The translations under genes and the position numbers were made by a program. This document shows, in pieces, positions 1 through 12,189 of a stretch of 64,000 nt of DNA (position 1 is the first letter of the stretch; each line of letters starts with the position of its first letter). The stretch is from Octopus bimaculoides. Its lineage: Eukaryota. The stretch is taken from positions 5,699,585-5,763,584 of the forward strand of contig NC_069003.1 of NCBI RefSeq assembly GCF_001194135.2. The letters are read 5' to 3'. The notes below the pieces were generated by a model that was not told the DNA's origin, made no database searches, and saw nothing but the letters and a program-made list of their open reading frames with translations.

Positions 1-400
1 AAAGCAGACCTGAAGATGCTGCATTTCACAGAGATGACAAAGGACAGTCTTGATTGGCGATACATAGTACTAGAGAAGAGCTGACCACCCACAAACAATT
101 ACAGCGAAATGTACATTAAAATGACGGCAGTAATGGAAGCTGGGCTCTATATGTTTGTTTCTATGTATATACACACTTATATATACATATTTGTACCCTA
201 CAAAGTCTGTACCTGTTGCTATCTCTGCATCCTTAACTCCTCTCACATCTCCCTGTCACTTATTTCCCTCTTTCATCCATCACTCATATCCACACCACCT
301 CTATTGCTTGCATAATGGTGGTTGGCATGGAGGCCAACATGCATTCAGTCTCTCCTATCTACCAACATCATCAGTCTACCTCTCTCACTGTCCATGAGAT
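1..400 (+). mobile_element. RTE-clade LINE 3' fragment (ORF C-terminus plus pyrimidine-rich 3'UTR), degenerate
   Basis: 1-84 translates KADLKMLHFTEMTKDSLDWRYIVLEKS*, colinear with the RTE C-terminus at 23327-23644. It is followed by a C/T-rich tract like those at 7300-7540 and 20900-21750. Confidence 0.6.
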
Positions 401-869
401 CTATGTAATAAGTGACTGCATCAGATCATACTCATCACTGGGCCTACATAAAAAAGGCGACAGTGAACTATCTGTACTCATTGTACTCTAACTACATCTT
501 TTCTGTATTGCTAGCAATCAAGATGCTTTCTTCCCCAAGCCACTTCAGTTGTACCCACAACAGTTATGCTGTTGCTCCTTTCACCTACCCATTCTGTTCT
601 TTCTTTTGTCATTGCTCTTTCTCCTGTTCCCCTCCTTGGTCACATCACTGTGAGTAAAGATACATATCTTAGGATTCTGACTGCTCTTTACATTTACAGT
701 GTACAAGAGGTCCTTTTAGTTCCATTTCTGCAAAGTCTCTAGTGCTGGTGCCAGTACACACTGTAAAGTAGTCGGCAGACAAGTGGAGAGATCCCTCTTG
801 TGCTGTGTTTCCGAGGACACAACAACCTCACTAATGCTTTTGCTATGAGAGAATGCACTCACTGCAGTC

Positions 870-1032
870 TGTATAATGTTTGGTGATAGGAAGGGCATCC
901 AGCCAGTGCAACCAAACTAAAATGAAATGTACAAGCACCAGTCTTTGAGAGCAGTGACAACCCATCCAATCCATTGCAGCAGGATATTTAAAGATATTAA
1001 AGTGGATGTAAAAATGATGATGATGATGATGG
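870..1032 (+). mobile_element. RTE 3'UTR tail (family C), degenerate
   Basis: TTGGTGATAGGAAGGGCATCCAGC motif and a terminal (GAT)n, as in copies 6440-6810 and 52537-52952. Confidence 0.6.
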
Positions 1033-2129
1033 TAGTGGTGGTGGCCTTGACCAGCAAACCTTCCAACTTGTGCACTTGTGTGTATACACATATGTTTTAC
1101 AAATAGAAATGGAAAAAAATATGCACTCAAGGTGTATAAGTTTGACACTCTGGAAAAAAGGAAGAGTTTGCACTCTTGCAATGGACGTATATATATTATT
1201 TTCATTTCAGTCCAAAAGCTGGGGTACCACCAAAGTATATATGTGCGTGTGTGAGTGTATCATCTTTTAACATATATATATAAGATTTGTCTACATACAT
1301 GCCTTTTAGTTATGTTAAACATAACATAAGGGATAATGCTGTTGAGATTGGTATGCCTACATCTTTCCTTTCAAACCTAGATAAATAAACAGTTTTATAT
1401 CACCTAATCTTCTAAAACAAAGCAAATCAGTTATTTATTTATTTGTTTGTAAAAGATGATCCCTATTACTTACAGGGCCACACCCAAGTAACCCCAATCT
1501 CCTTCTATTGTCCTCAAAAAGCCTAATTTCTTGCTAACTAGGTGGTAATAATATACCTCTTTAATACTGACATATAAATAAATATACATGCACACACACA
1601 CATAAATACAAATATACATACACTCCACTACAACACCAGCACATAACCACCACAGTACACACACACACACACACACACAAACGCTTACACACATGTGCAT
1701 ACACCCTCTCACAAAGGTCTACTTAAGCAAAGCTGATCTAGGGATAAACAACATGCTCTACATACACAAATTATCACCACTACACCACACACACACACGC
1801 ACACATAGGAAGGTATACTTGAGCAAAGTTGACTTGAGGCTAAACAACCACATAACATACACCACCACACAACACAGTCCATTACACTGTGAACATTATA
1901 CACATGCATACATAATACTCTGTAATATGTAAACAAACAAAATAAAGGAGAGTAGTTTGGGAGATTTAAATCACAGATTATGGTAACTTGTTTTATTTTA
2001 ATCTGAAATATTTAATAGTAACAACATTTACAATATATTTATGGGAATGTGATAATGAAGTTAGTACATTGAGTATATACAGATATAGATATACATGTAA
2101 AAAACTGCATTATTTATGGGATGACCCAA

Positions 2130-2300
2130 TATGTGTGTGTGTGTGTGTGTGTGTGTTTTGTCATGACATCATGTAATTCTTGTAAATGAATGTCATTTTT
2201 GCAAATACATGTTTGGTTGCAGGGAAATATTACCTTTACTTGAAAACAGGTGAGGATTGGTGACCGGAAGGACATCCAATCATAGAAAATCCAATTTAAA
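2130..2300 (+). mobile_element. SINE tail module I, partial
   Basis: (TG)n followed by GGGAAATATTACCTT..AAACAGGTGAGGATTGGTGAC.GGAAGGACATCC, matching 13250-13470. Confidence 0.6.
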
Positions 2301-2434
2301 TCTTAGATCTGACTTTCATGTGTACATACAGTGGCTATATCCGTGTGTATTTCTCTCAGTATAAAATTAAGTCCCATGGGGGATCTTTTTTAGTAGGTTG
2401 GAGTGGAAGTTGAACTGAACATATTTATTGTTAC

Positions 2435-2700
2435 TTAACTTTCCAGAGTCCACTTGTCACGAGCTTGCAACTTGTTGAGATGAAATAGCAAAACGCTGCT
2501 ACTTATTAGATCGATGTCCAATATTTTAAATCCAGGTTTGTCCCTGTTGACAGGGGTGGCTGGATCTATCTCACTCTTACAGCAATCGCTCTCACACTGT
2601 CTCACCCAGTTTTGGTCATCCTCTCTCCTCAAGCCAACCCTCCCAATCTCCTCCTTTACCTGTCCCCTGCACATTTTCTTTGGTCGGCCTCAAAATTGAG
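2435..2700 (-). mobile_element. RTE-clade LINE 3' end, second family, degenerate
   Basis: Minus strand reads GRPKKMCRGQVKEEIGRVGLRRED (RTE C-terminal GRP.K.W motif region), then ATCCAGCCACCCCTGTCAACAGGGACAAACCTGGATTTAAAA. The same tail recurs at about 39180-39235 (-). Confidence 0.6.
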
Positions 2701-2827
2701 ACTGTTACCACTTATTTGCATAACGACACAAGGCTGGCAACCCAATAGTAACTACCAAAGTATCAATACTTTACATTGATACACATACACTTGTGTGTTA
2801 AATGGAGAAGTGGTAACAAGTGACAAA

Positions 2828-3118
2828 TTCTGTAAATAATAATAATAGTAACTATAAGCTTAAAACCTATAAGAGGTGGCCATGTATTGGCTAAAGAAAA
2901 TAGTCTAATATTGGAGTAGATAAACCCTTGATGGAAAAAAAAGTGTATTTTTCTTTTTTCTTTCGGGGTGTTAGTTCATTTCCCATGTGTACAAAAAAAT
3001 TCACTTTTTTTCCGTTGAGGGCTTATATGCCCCACTATTAGACTATTTTCTTTAGCCAATACCCTGTGATCTCTTATAAGCTTTCAACTTATAAATATTA
3101 TTATTGTTATTTACAGAA
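2828..3118. mobile_element. Foldback/MITE-like long inverted repeat
   Basis: Arms 2828-2945 and 3002-3118 are imperfect reverse complements (shared core GTATTGGCTAAAGAAAATAGTCTAATA) around a spacer of about 56 bp. Confidence 0.8.
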
Positions 3119-3339
3119 CATACAGTTGTGCTTAAATGATGGCTTAGAATTGCTGTATCCATGAGCTTTTTAGATTTGCTACAATCAAAAAGCAGCACAT
3201 TAACATCTAGTGTTAGGTCTGAGAATCTCAGATTAGATTTACAACCCTACTGAACTCTGCTAGAAACAGACAGAGTCCATGTTGGGGATATGTTGAAATA
3301 GGACGGATTATGTGTGTGTGTGTGCGCGCGTGCGCGCAG

Positions 3340-3546
3340 AGTGTTTCACTAGGCCTGCTAGAGATTGCAACTAAATCTTATTTAAATCACAGCTTGTTAA
3401 CTTTAAAATTTTTTAAACAGTTGCAACATATCGGATAACATAGTATTTGATATACCTGAAAACAGATTGTGGTGACAGCTGGAATATCTTCTATTGTCGG
3501 TATGCTTAATCGGTTCAGGCTTGTGGTTAAACTACAACAACAACCT
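3340..3546 (+). repeat. Unclassified dispersed repeat (family F) ending in (CAA)n
   Basis: CTGCTAGA.AT.GCA.C.AAATCT start and GGTTAAACTACAACAACAAC end. Related pieces at about 17085-17250, 23950-24010, 29440-29560, 37480-37720, 41010-41070, 46250-46430, 50940-51000 and 53570-53760. Confidence 0.55.
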
Positions 3547-3844
3547 TTATCTATCTCATGATTACTTCCCTTAATTAGCCACTACTATGCATTATTAAGG
3601 GCCCAGCTGATGTTTTATTATCCTCTGTTTTATGGTTTCATATTCCTTGAATGGATTATGGGTTATACTTATGTTTTTTTATGGAAAGGTTAACAAAGCA
3701 ATCTGTTTGTGCTCATAGTTTTATTCATATATTGATTGGTATGGTATATTATTCTTCTATTCATTTACTGGCCTCACTCATTGGACTATGGTCATGCTGG
3801 AGCACCACCTTAGAAATTGGAAAAACTGACACGTTGTTGGTTGC

Positions 3845-4120
3845 AACAATGAGTGTTCCAATTGATCTGATCAACGGAACAGCCTGCACATGAAGTTAAT
3901 GTGCAAGTGGCTGAGCACTCCACAGACACATGTATCCTTAATGCAGTTCTCAGGGAGATTCAGTGTGACACAGAATGTGACATGGCCACCCTTTTGAAAT
4001 ACAGGTGCTAGTCATTTCTGCCAGCAGAGTGGACTGGAGCAATGTGAAATAAAGTGTCTTGCTCAAGGACATGAAGCACCACTGGGAATTGAACTCCTGA
4101 CCATACAATCGTTAGCCATG
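3845..4120 (-). mobile_element. tRNA-derived SINE type D
   Basis: Near-colinear with 14607-14929; carries GTCCTTGAGCAAGACACTTTATTTCAC..CTCCAGTCCACTC on the minus strand. Confidence 0.8.
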
Positions 4121-4409
4121 TGCTATTGTGGAAATAAATCATCTCCCTCCACACCCAAGTACTTGACTGGTATTATTTTATTATTTATCAACTTCAGAAA
4201 GATGACATTTGAATGCAGGTCAAGGCAGCCCCAGCAAGTTGTATATCTAAATTCATATTACATCTATCATGCCACCTTCNNNNNNNNNNGACATAAATGG
4301 CCTTCAGTATTTAAGTTTAACTGAATTGCTCGCTTTGCAACAGTGTTAGCTTTGCATCTCATACCTTCATCTCTAAGTACCAGTTGAGCACTGGGATCAA
4401 TGTATATAT

Positions 4410-4506
4410 ATTAGGATCTTTTAAACATGAAATGGCTATGGGGGTCTGCTAGAATAAAATAGGAACCAAAGGGGTCCATGGGCAAAAAAATGGTTGAGAA
4501 CCACTG
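4410..4506. mobile_element. hAT-type MITE end
   Basis: Ends in GGTTGAGAACCACTG, the same terminus as 44792-45046 and 45155-45209. Confidence 0.7.
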
Positions 4507-4871
4507 ATCTAATGTGTCCTTTTTCTTAAGATAATCAGTTAGTGCTTTAATAAAGATTTTGCATCTATTTCTAGCAGGCTGAGTAACCATATAGTGGTTC
4601 CCAGGGAATGGTGGTGGTAGTGTTGGTGATAGTATGTCATGTTATGTAATTAACTCATTTATTTTTGACTATACTTTCCCATATTCACTATGTCAATTAT
4701 CATTGGTTTTGCCTGCTCCTTATGCCTTATTTATTTCATTCATAGGGTCGTTTAACCTTTTAAGTGACATGAAAAACTTACCAGTGCTCATATTTAATTT
4801 AAACTCATGATGAAAATCATGATGATAATATGAATGATGGCATGGGATTTCAGTTGTCCAGCACCGATTCA

Positions 4872-4920
<49 letters not shown>

Positions 4921-5329
4921 ATTATATACATACATACATACATATACACAAAAATTATGTTGAACAAGTGAGAGAGGAGTGCTCAATAGATGTTGTAGAG
5001 TATATGGTTTATTGCAACACAACTGTCATCTTGCACCTCAAGTTCCATACTACTGTAATTTTCAGATAAGTATGGTAATTGCAAAATGTTGAGGCAGTCT
5101 CATGTTGTGTCTCCATTCTCACTACATCCAGTTAGTCAGGACAGATGCCTGATACTAGACTGAAATTTTTGTTGCCACAAATATAGCACAATTTTCCAGT
5201 CGTGGTGGATCAGCCACAGACCGTTGTATCAGTAGGCTTGCCGTAAACTCTAAGCAGTATGTGTCTCCCAGTGTGTAACTATTGCTGTGAGTATTTGTAA
5301 AAGACCAACACAATTAAAACTTTATACGC

Positions 5330-5610
5330 AATAATGAAATCTTCTGTTAATTGTTTGCAGGTGTTGTTAGTTATTTCTTCACATGGTCCTAGAAATACAT
5401 TTTCATTTAGCAACTAGTCATCACCTCAGACCAGCCAACAACAACAACACACAATATAGCCATGAGAAATATGACCACAAAAGGCTTAGCAATGCATATT
5501 TCCTTGTTAGGATAAATATCTTAGCTCAAGAGTGCAGAAAGTCTTCCTCAAACATCTTTGATAATAATGTCAGGGTGTTTTAGCCTTGATTTCCATGTCA
5601 CTCTGTACAG
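5330..5610 (-). pseudogene. Possible hAT transposase C-terminal (dimerisation region) remnant, heavily decayed
   Basis: With frameshifts the minus strand gives SVQSDMEIKAK..KY.LL.. and GWSEVMTSC*MKMYF*DHVKK, loosely like the hAT GFS.V..L..KKRNRL region. Recognised by eye only. Confidence 0.3.
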
Positions 5611-5799
5611 ATTTGTCTCAGGATAACACAACTTTATTATTACTCAGTTATTGAATTGAACAGATGAATGAATGGACGGATGGATGAATGAATGACTGAT
5701 TATATTACTACTTGTTTCGTTACTCTGATTCGAAAGTGTTGGCATATTTCCCAATGAATATAATATATAACCAGCTACTCAGTCATTCATACCTCTGAA

Positions 5800-5812
5800 T
5801 ACATACATACAT

Positions 5813-5864
<52 letters not shown>

Positions 5865-6022
5865 TACATACATACATACATACATACANNNNNNNNNNAT
5901 ATACACACACATACATACATACATACATACATACATACATACATACATACATACATACATACATACATACATACATACATACATACATACATACATACAT
6001 ACATGTGTGTGTGTGTGTGTAT
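5800..6022. repeat. Compound microsatellite (TA)n/(TACA)n/(TG)n with 10-N gap
   Basis: Directly visible. Confidence 0.95.
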
Positions 6023-6298
6023 GTATAGATTGCATTTTTTGCTATGACTGCTGGGCAGCAACAGATGAGATGCTTTATTGTATCTTCATGTCGACTGCAC
6101 ATTCTCCAATTGCTATTAGCCTCTTGCTTTATTATTTTTGTGTTTGTAGCTTCTGTTGGCCAAACCATTGATCCTGCTTGCACTGCTATAATCAGGCCTT
6201 CTCCTTTCTGCTTTTAGTCTGGAACTTTTGATCAATTGTTGGCTTTCGTTTGTATTTATTTCTACTCAATCTAGTATTGCTGGGTACTGACCATAGAG
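6023..6298 (-). mobile_element. R4/Dong-like (restriction-endonuclease type) non-LTR retrotransposon remnant, CCHC region
   Basis: Minus strand reads LYGQYP...SQQLIKSSRLKAE/EGLIIAVQAGS...WRMCSRHEDTIKHLICCCPAVIAK, matching the R4-clade pattern L.GQY...W...L....E..I.AAQ.Q...CR.C....ETI.H.IS.CP..AK. One stop and one frameshift. Confidence 0.75.
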
Positions 6299-6439
6299 AG
6301 CTTTTTTTATTATTATTTTTTCTTCTCCATTTTTTTGTTACAATCTCTCTCTTTCTCTCTCTTGTACATACATAATATTTATATGTAAGTATATGTGTTG
6401 TATGTATGTATTTGTGTGTGTGTGTTTTTATCTATATAT

Positions 6440-6810
6440 ATGTATGAGCATGATCGTTGCCAGTGTTGCCTGACTGGCTCCTGTGCCAGTGGCACGTAAA
6501 AAGCACCATTCGAGCATTGTCGTTGCCAGTGCCACCTGACTAACTCCTGTGCTGGTGGCACGTAAAAAGCACCATTTGTGTGTGATCGATGCCTGTACCG
6601 CCTGACTGGCCCTTGTGCTGGTGGCACGTAAAAAGCACCCACTTCACTCTCGGAGTGGTTGGCGTTAAGAAGGGCATCCAGCTGTAGAAACTCTACCAGA
6701 TCAGATGGAGCCTGGTGCAGCCTTCTGGCTCGCTAGCCCTCAGTCAAACCATCCAACCCATGCCAGCATGGAAAGCAGACGTTAAACGACAAAGATGATA
6801 ATGATGATGA
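6440..6810 (+). mobile_element. RTE 3'UTR tail (family C) with three internal 66-bp tandem units
   Basis: Units start at 6459, 6525 and 6591, each with GTGGCACGTAAAAAGCACC, then GGTTGGCGTT.AGAAGGGCATCCAGC...GGACGTTAAACGA and a (GAT)n-like end. Confidence 0.85.
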
Positions 6811-6811
6811 C

Positions 6812-6877
<66 letters not shown>

Positions 6878-6879
<2 letters not shown>

Positions 6880-7100
6880 TTGTTTCAGTCATTAGACTGT
6901 GGCCATGCTGGGGTACCATCTTGAAGAATTTTAGACAAACAAAACCTGGTACTTATTCTGTCAGTCTCTTATGCTAAACTGCTAGCTTACAGGGATGTAA
7001 ACACACCAACACCAATTAAGGGGTGGTGAGGGACAAACACACACACACACATACGTTTCCGTCTACCAAATCCAATCACAAGGCTTTGGTCAGCCTGAGG
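6878..7100 (-). mobile_element. SINE type B, partial
   Basis: Tail B1 (CAGCATGGCCACAGTCTAATGACTGAAACAAG on the minus strand), a (CA)n and a head fragment. Confidence 0.75.
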
Positions 7101-7106
7101 TCATGT

Positions 7107-7540
7107 GAGGACAGCTATATAAAGAAGTGCCAATCACTTGAAGTGGATGAAATTTGTAGAAGAGGGGAGCCCAGGAAAATGTTGAATGAAATAGTGAGGG
7201 CCAAAGTCATGCTTTTGAGCCTCATGAAGAAAATGACAATGCACTGAGATGTCTGGTGATATGAGGTTCTTGAAAAGACCCATCCACCTCAATGAAACCG
7301 AGTTCTCGAAGTGCCATGCTTTCCACCTTATCCCCCAATGAACCAAACTACATCTCATTATGCACTATGTGCTCTCTCTCCTTCTCTCTTCCTCTGCTTC
7401 CAATGCCACATCTTTATCTCTTGTCCTCCCCCTGCCAACTGCATCATTGCTATTCTTCCACTCCCGTATATACCCATGTCCACCTCTCACTGCATTCCCT
7501 TTGCTCTCTGCTCTATCTTCTACTCTCCTTTTACACTCTC
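7107..7540 (+). mobile_element. RTE LINE 3' fragment, degenerate
   Basis: EDSYIKKCQSLEVDEICRRGEPRKMLNEIVRAK...MTMH*DVW*YEVLEKT aligns with EDSCVKKCHTLTVEGTRGRGRPRKTW... at 23327-23644; pyrimidine-rich 3'UTR follows. Confidence 0.75.
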
Positions 7541-8202
7541 ATGAATTACTATATTTTAATGTGTATAAGGAACTCCATAATTTTGGGGGCTTAAAATTTG
7601 GAAAAATGGTTTTGTAAGGGATTTCAACACCATTCCCTGCATATTTAGCTTTGCATCAGTGACCTTCTAGAGACATGTTTTAACAAAAGCTGAAAGGTGC
7701 CTCCCTCCCAGTGGTCTCCAAGCATGCCGGGCATCAACTTGGAATCTCTGAGGGCTCGTGCTATTGTTTGATAGTTGTTGAGCATATAGTAGGTTAATCT
7801 GTTCTTTTGTTAGGGTTTGTATTTAGTCCTGCTGGGTTTCTAGCAAACCTCCTCACCAGTGGGTGGGGGTGGGGGGTTAGTCACCGATGACCCAGCAATG
7901 CAACAGGTTGTACTGGCTTCCCTGTTACTAGTAACACTCATGAGAGACCTGACGTGCATGTAGTGTTTGTAATTTATGTACAGTATCTTCACACATATAA
8001 TTACAGATATTGCATACTCTGTTATAATATACGATCAACACTAGCATAATGTTCTGTTACTTTATGCACAGAGCATGTATTCTATTTCAGCAAAGTATCA
8101 CAATCTAAAGAAATAGATAATGGAAAAGCCACACAAGTAGGAAATAAAATTCTTATGTTTCACCTTTGTGTATGTATGTATGTATGTACGTACACATATA
8201 TC

Positions 8203-8249
<47 letters not shown>

Positions 8250-8539
8250 CATATATGTATACATGTACATATATATATATATACATATATATACACATAT
8301 ATATATGTGAGAGAGAGAGAGAGTGTGTTTTACATGCTTCTGCACTCCAGTGCAGTACTGAAAATGTGGGGCTCCACCTACATTAATATATAATTAATTA
8401 AATTGCATAAATGGTCTGCCTGGTCCACAGTGGGCCCTGATGCTTAGTACTGAAGCACCTAAGGTAACACTGGTTGTGACATTCAGCCTGCCCTGGTCAT
8501 CTAAACCTGGTGCAGTCCAAGTCTTCTCCAAGTCTAATT

Positions 8540-8628
8540 AGTGGCACCTTGCACAAGTGTCTTCTGCTTTAGCCTCGGGCTGACCAAAGCCTTGTGAGTG
8601 GATTTGGTAAACGGAAACTGAAAGAAGC

Positions 8629-8696
<68 letters not shown>

Positions 8697-8890
8697 TATG
8701 TTTTTCCCCTCCGTCATCATTTGACAACCAATGTTGGTGTGTTTACATCCCCGTAGCGTAATGGTTCAGCAAAAGAGACTGATAGGGTAAGTACTAGGCT
8801 TACAAACAATAAATCCTGGAGTCGATTCGTTCGACTAAAGGTGGTGCTCCAGCATGGCCGCAGTCAAATTACTGAAACCAGTAAAAAAAG
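8540..8890 (+). mobile_element. SINE type B (5'-truncated) with internal (TA)n(TG)n
   Basis: GGCACCTTGCACAAGTGTCTTCT...GGAAACTGAAAGAAGCCC, microsatellite, then tail ending CAGTCAAATTACTGAAACCAGTAAAA. Confidence 0.85.
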
Positions 8891-9183
8891 AATATATACA
8901 CACATATTTATTTGGTAAATGTCTATGTACAAAACTCTAGGCCCTTGAGACACTATGTAACTTCAGCTAAAGGACACTCTCTCCCTATATATGTGTGTGT
9001 GTATGTAAACCCATACACACACATATGTTTGTGTGTGTTTTTGTAGAGGGAGTGAAAGAAGGAATGTTGACAGAAAGAATGCTGTGCTGGTAGTTGTGTT
9101 ATCAAGATCAATATATTCAACTCATTAGTTCAGTAATGTGTGTGTGTGTGTGTGTGTATTACAGCCTGACATTCCAGTCATTG

Positions 9184-9222
<39 letters not shown>

Positions 9223-10585
9223 TATATACTGATGCAAACATGGCTGTGTTGTCCAGGGTATCTGCTTCATAACCATGTGCTTTTTGATTCCATCCCATTT
9301 TGTGGCATTGTGGTCAGGTGCCCTTGTCTATAGCTTTGGGCTGACCAAGACCTTGTGGGTGAAATTGGTAGACAGAAACTATATGCAGGACCATTGTCAG
9401 TCTTCTTTTATGCTCTTGTGAACCTGTTTGCCCACCCAGCCATCCTCAATTCTATTTCCCTTTTCTCTCTTTATACACTTTGTACCTTGAGGGTACACCC
9501 TGTTACTGTATTTCCACCATTCTTTTTACCTTTCCTGTTGTGGTGGTCATCTATTTCCCCTATAGCAAGACACATGTTCCTCTCCTACTTTCCTAATTTA
9601 ACCTTTCATCACCTGGCTCAAAGACACAGGTTCCCTCCACAATTAAAGCTTGGCACTTCTTTATGCAGCAGTCCTCATCCATACGCTTTTCTTTATGTAT
9701 CAAATTTATATGTTAATATCAATTTTTGATTTTTTGCTATGTTGCATCATTATGTACATTTGTTTGTATAATGCACACTATTGCATCAACCCATCACAGA
9801 ATTTTTGAAACAGCTGTAAAGAATTACCATCGATTGTCCTCTTTCTTCTTAATTATATTTTCACTTTTGTAATATCTGTATATCTATCCTGAAAGACTAC
9901 CATAGCCTATCTCTCCCCTTAATTATATCTTTTTATGCACCATATAAATGGTTTGATGCTATATATATGGTCTTTGATTTTAATTATCTTTTGTTTGTCC
10001 AGTGCATTCCTTCTAGCCAACTCTTGTTCTGCTGGACAATTTTTTCCAATTTTTAAGAACTAGATCTGCTCTGAGTACAAATCTGCTCTATATATTTTTA
10101 CACCTATTTAACATATTCTCACCTGTGCATGTGTGTATAGTTTCTTTGTATATAGACTTAAACATTTTATATATTTCATTTATTGGTCTTTTGATAACAT
10201 TTTCCCCTCTTTTTATATTTGTCTTATTTATGCTAATTAGTCTACATTCATTCTCTTCTCACTACTTATCTAGACATCCCCTCTACCATCATGGTTATCT
10301 TAATATATTTATGCAATTCTCCCTTCCTCCAAATCAACCCCCCCACACACACACACACCTAACACTCTACATGGTTGGTATATTCTGTCAATATCAGCTT
10401 AGGTTTGCTGATTTGAAATAACTGACATCAGTGGGGGTTTCCTAGTTTTTTTGTTTGCTCAATAAGCTTTCATTTTGGTGAACTTACAGCTTGCATTGAA
10501 TATGTACTATATAACTTAAATATCAAGTGTATGTGTGTATACACATACACATATATATATGAATATATATTAATATATGTGTGTG

Positions 10586-10626
<41 letters not shown>

Positions 10627-11359
10627 TCATCTACATATGTATGTATGTGTATATATATATATATACATACATACACATATAGACATATGTGCACACATAC
10701 ACATACTTACATATGTACGTATCAATACCTATTATTTTTTATTATGCTTTTGGCATTGACTGCAACAATATTTAATATTAATCTAATGCTTTGTCTCTCT
10801 TTCTTTCTTTCTCTCTCTCTCTTTCTCTCTCTCCCTCTTTCTCACCCTCTCTGTGGTTTCCTTTTACTTCTAATGTTCTTCATTTACGTGTGTAAGTAAT
10901 TTCATATCTGTTTCAAACATTTCTAAATATTTATATGGTTGTCATCTTTGTTCTGTTTCTCCCATTTCTTTTCTCTAATTGCTAATATTCTTTATTTCTG
11001 TTAATTTACCTCTTTTTCTTTATTTTTATTAGAGTAACTTCAGTTTTGATATTTATTATTATCATTATGTTTTTCTTTTTTGTTTTTTTTTTTTGGTTTG
11101 TTTGTTTAAATCTTTGCTGAACCTGTAATCTATTTGTAGTATTTTCTGCAGATGGTTGTCGTTTTTTCCTAAACAATTTTAGGTCATCACATTACAGAAG
11201 GTTTTATAAAATATTCATAGCACTTGAAGCTGTAGCTAGCTTGATTTAACAAATTCATTTATGGCATTAGATATAAGCAGAAAAAGTATTGGAGTCTCCT
11301 TAACATAGACCGATTACACTACTTTTCTTTTCTTTCTTCTTATTTTAAATATTGACTTA

Positions 11360-11480
11360 GAAACATATGAGGGTTGGTGACAGGGAGGGTATCCAGCCAT
11401 AGAAAATCTTCCTGGATGAATTGTGTTTGACCTATGAAAGCATGGAAAAGTGGTTGTTAAAACGATGATGATGATGATGT
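11360..11480 (+). mobile_element. SINE tail module I, partial
   Basis: GAGGGTTGGTGACAGGGAGGGTATCCAGCCATAGAAAATC...GTTAAAACGATGATGATG. Confidence 0.7.
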
Positions 11481-11880
11481 TTTGGCTGAATGTAATGAAT
11501 TAATGAATCTATTGATCTTATCATGGATAGTGACCAGTGGTGAATGTGGATTGGTCATGTGATGAAGACACACCATCTCTTAGGTTATGGATTGTTCCTT
11601 GTGTAAATGGAAGAGAATGCTGACGAAGGCAAAAACAAAAATCAATGCGTCTAACAAAAAATAACTTGGAGTGTATTCGTCTATCTCGGTTGTCTTTCAC
11701 CTTCACATTGCTTCCACCTTTCACCATCTCTCAAGATCAATAATATAAGTTACAAAAATACCAGGGTGGATATGATTAATTAAAATCCTTATGGAACTTT
11801 TGGCATTGCTAGTTCCTGCCAAACTGTCTGACCCATACCAGCAGGAAAAACAAACATTAAATGATGATGATGATTAAATT

Positions 11881-11990
<110 letters not shown>

Positions 11991-12189
11991 TTCATGCTGC
12001 TCTCTTGATAGGTAGTTCACACAATCCCCATCCAACAGGTTGTGGCTTTTTTTCAACAGTTCTTTTCCTCTGTTCTTGACTCTGAGTTGTCCTTAATGAC
12101 ATTCTTCTCTCAAGTCTTGTTGGTTCTAAGTTGTCATTGATGCTTCTGTAACTTTGCTTTTATTCTCAGTAGAGAGTGTTAGCTCTAGG

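Noticed and set aside
515-649. 135-nt exon-like unit with CTAAC, TAG| and |GTGAGT
   Set aside because: It lies in pyrimidine-rich sequence resembling the RTE 3'UTR; all three frames are open simply from composition.
5783-6061. ORFs of YI/CV/HT/MYVC repeats (also at 8166, 10531, 13069, 19769, 30691, 46880, 51812)
   Set aside because: They are translations of (TA)n, (TG)n and (TACA)n microsatellites with no coding signal.
6446-6640. CRISPR-like direct repeats
   Set aside because: The whole 66-bp unit repeats with no unique spacers, there are no cas genes, and the context is a eukaryotic retro-tail.
11521-11727. 68-aa minus ORF MVKGGSNVKVKDNRDRR...
   Set aside because: No recognisable motif, and the length is within chance expectation.
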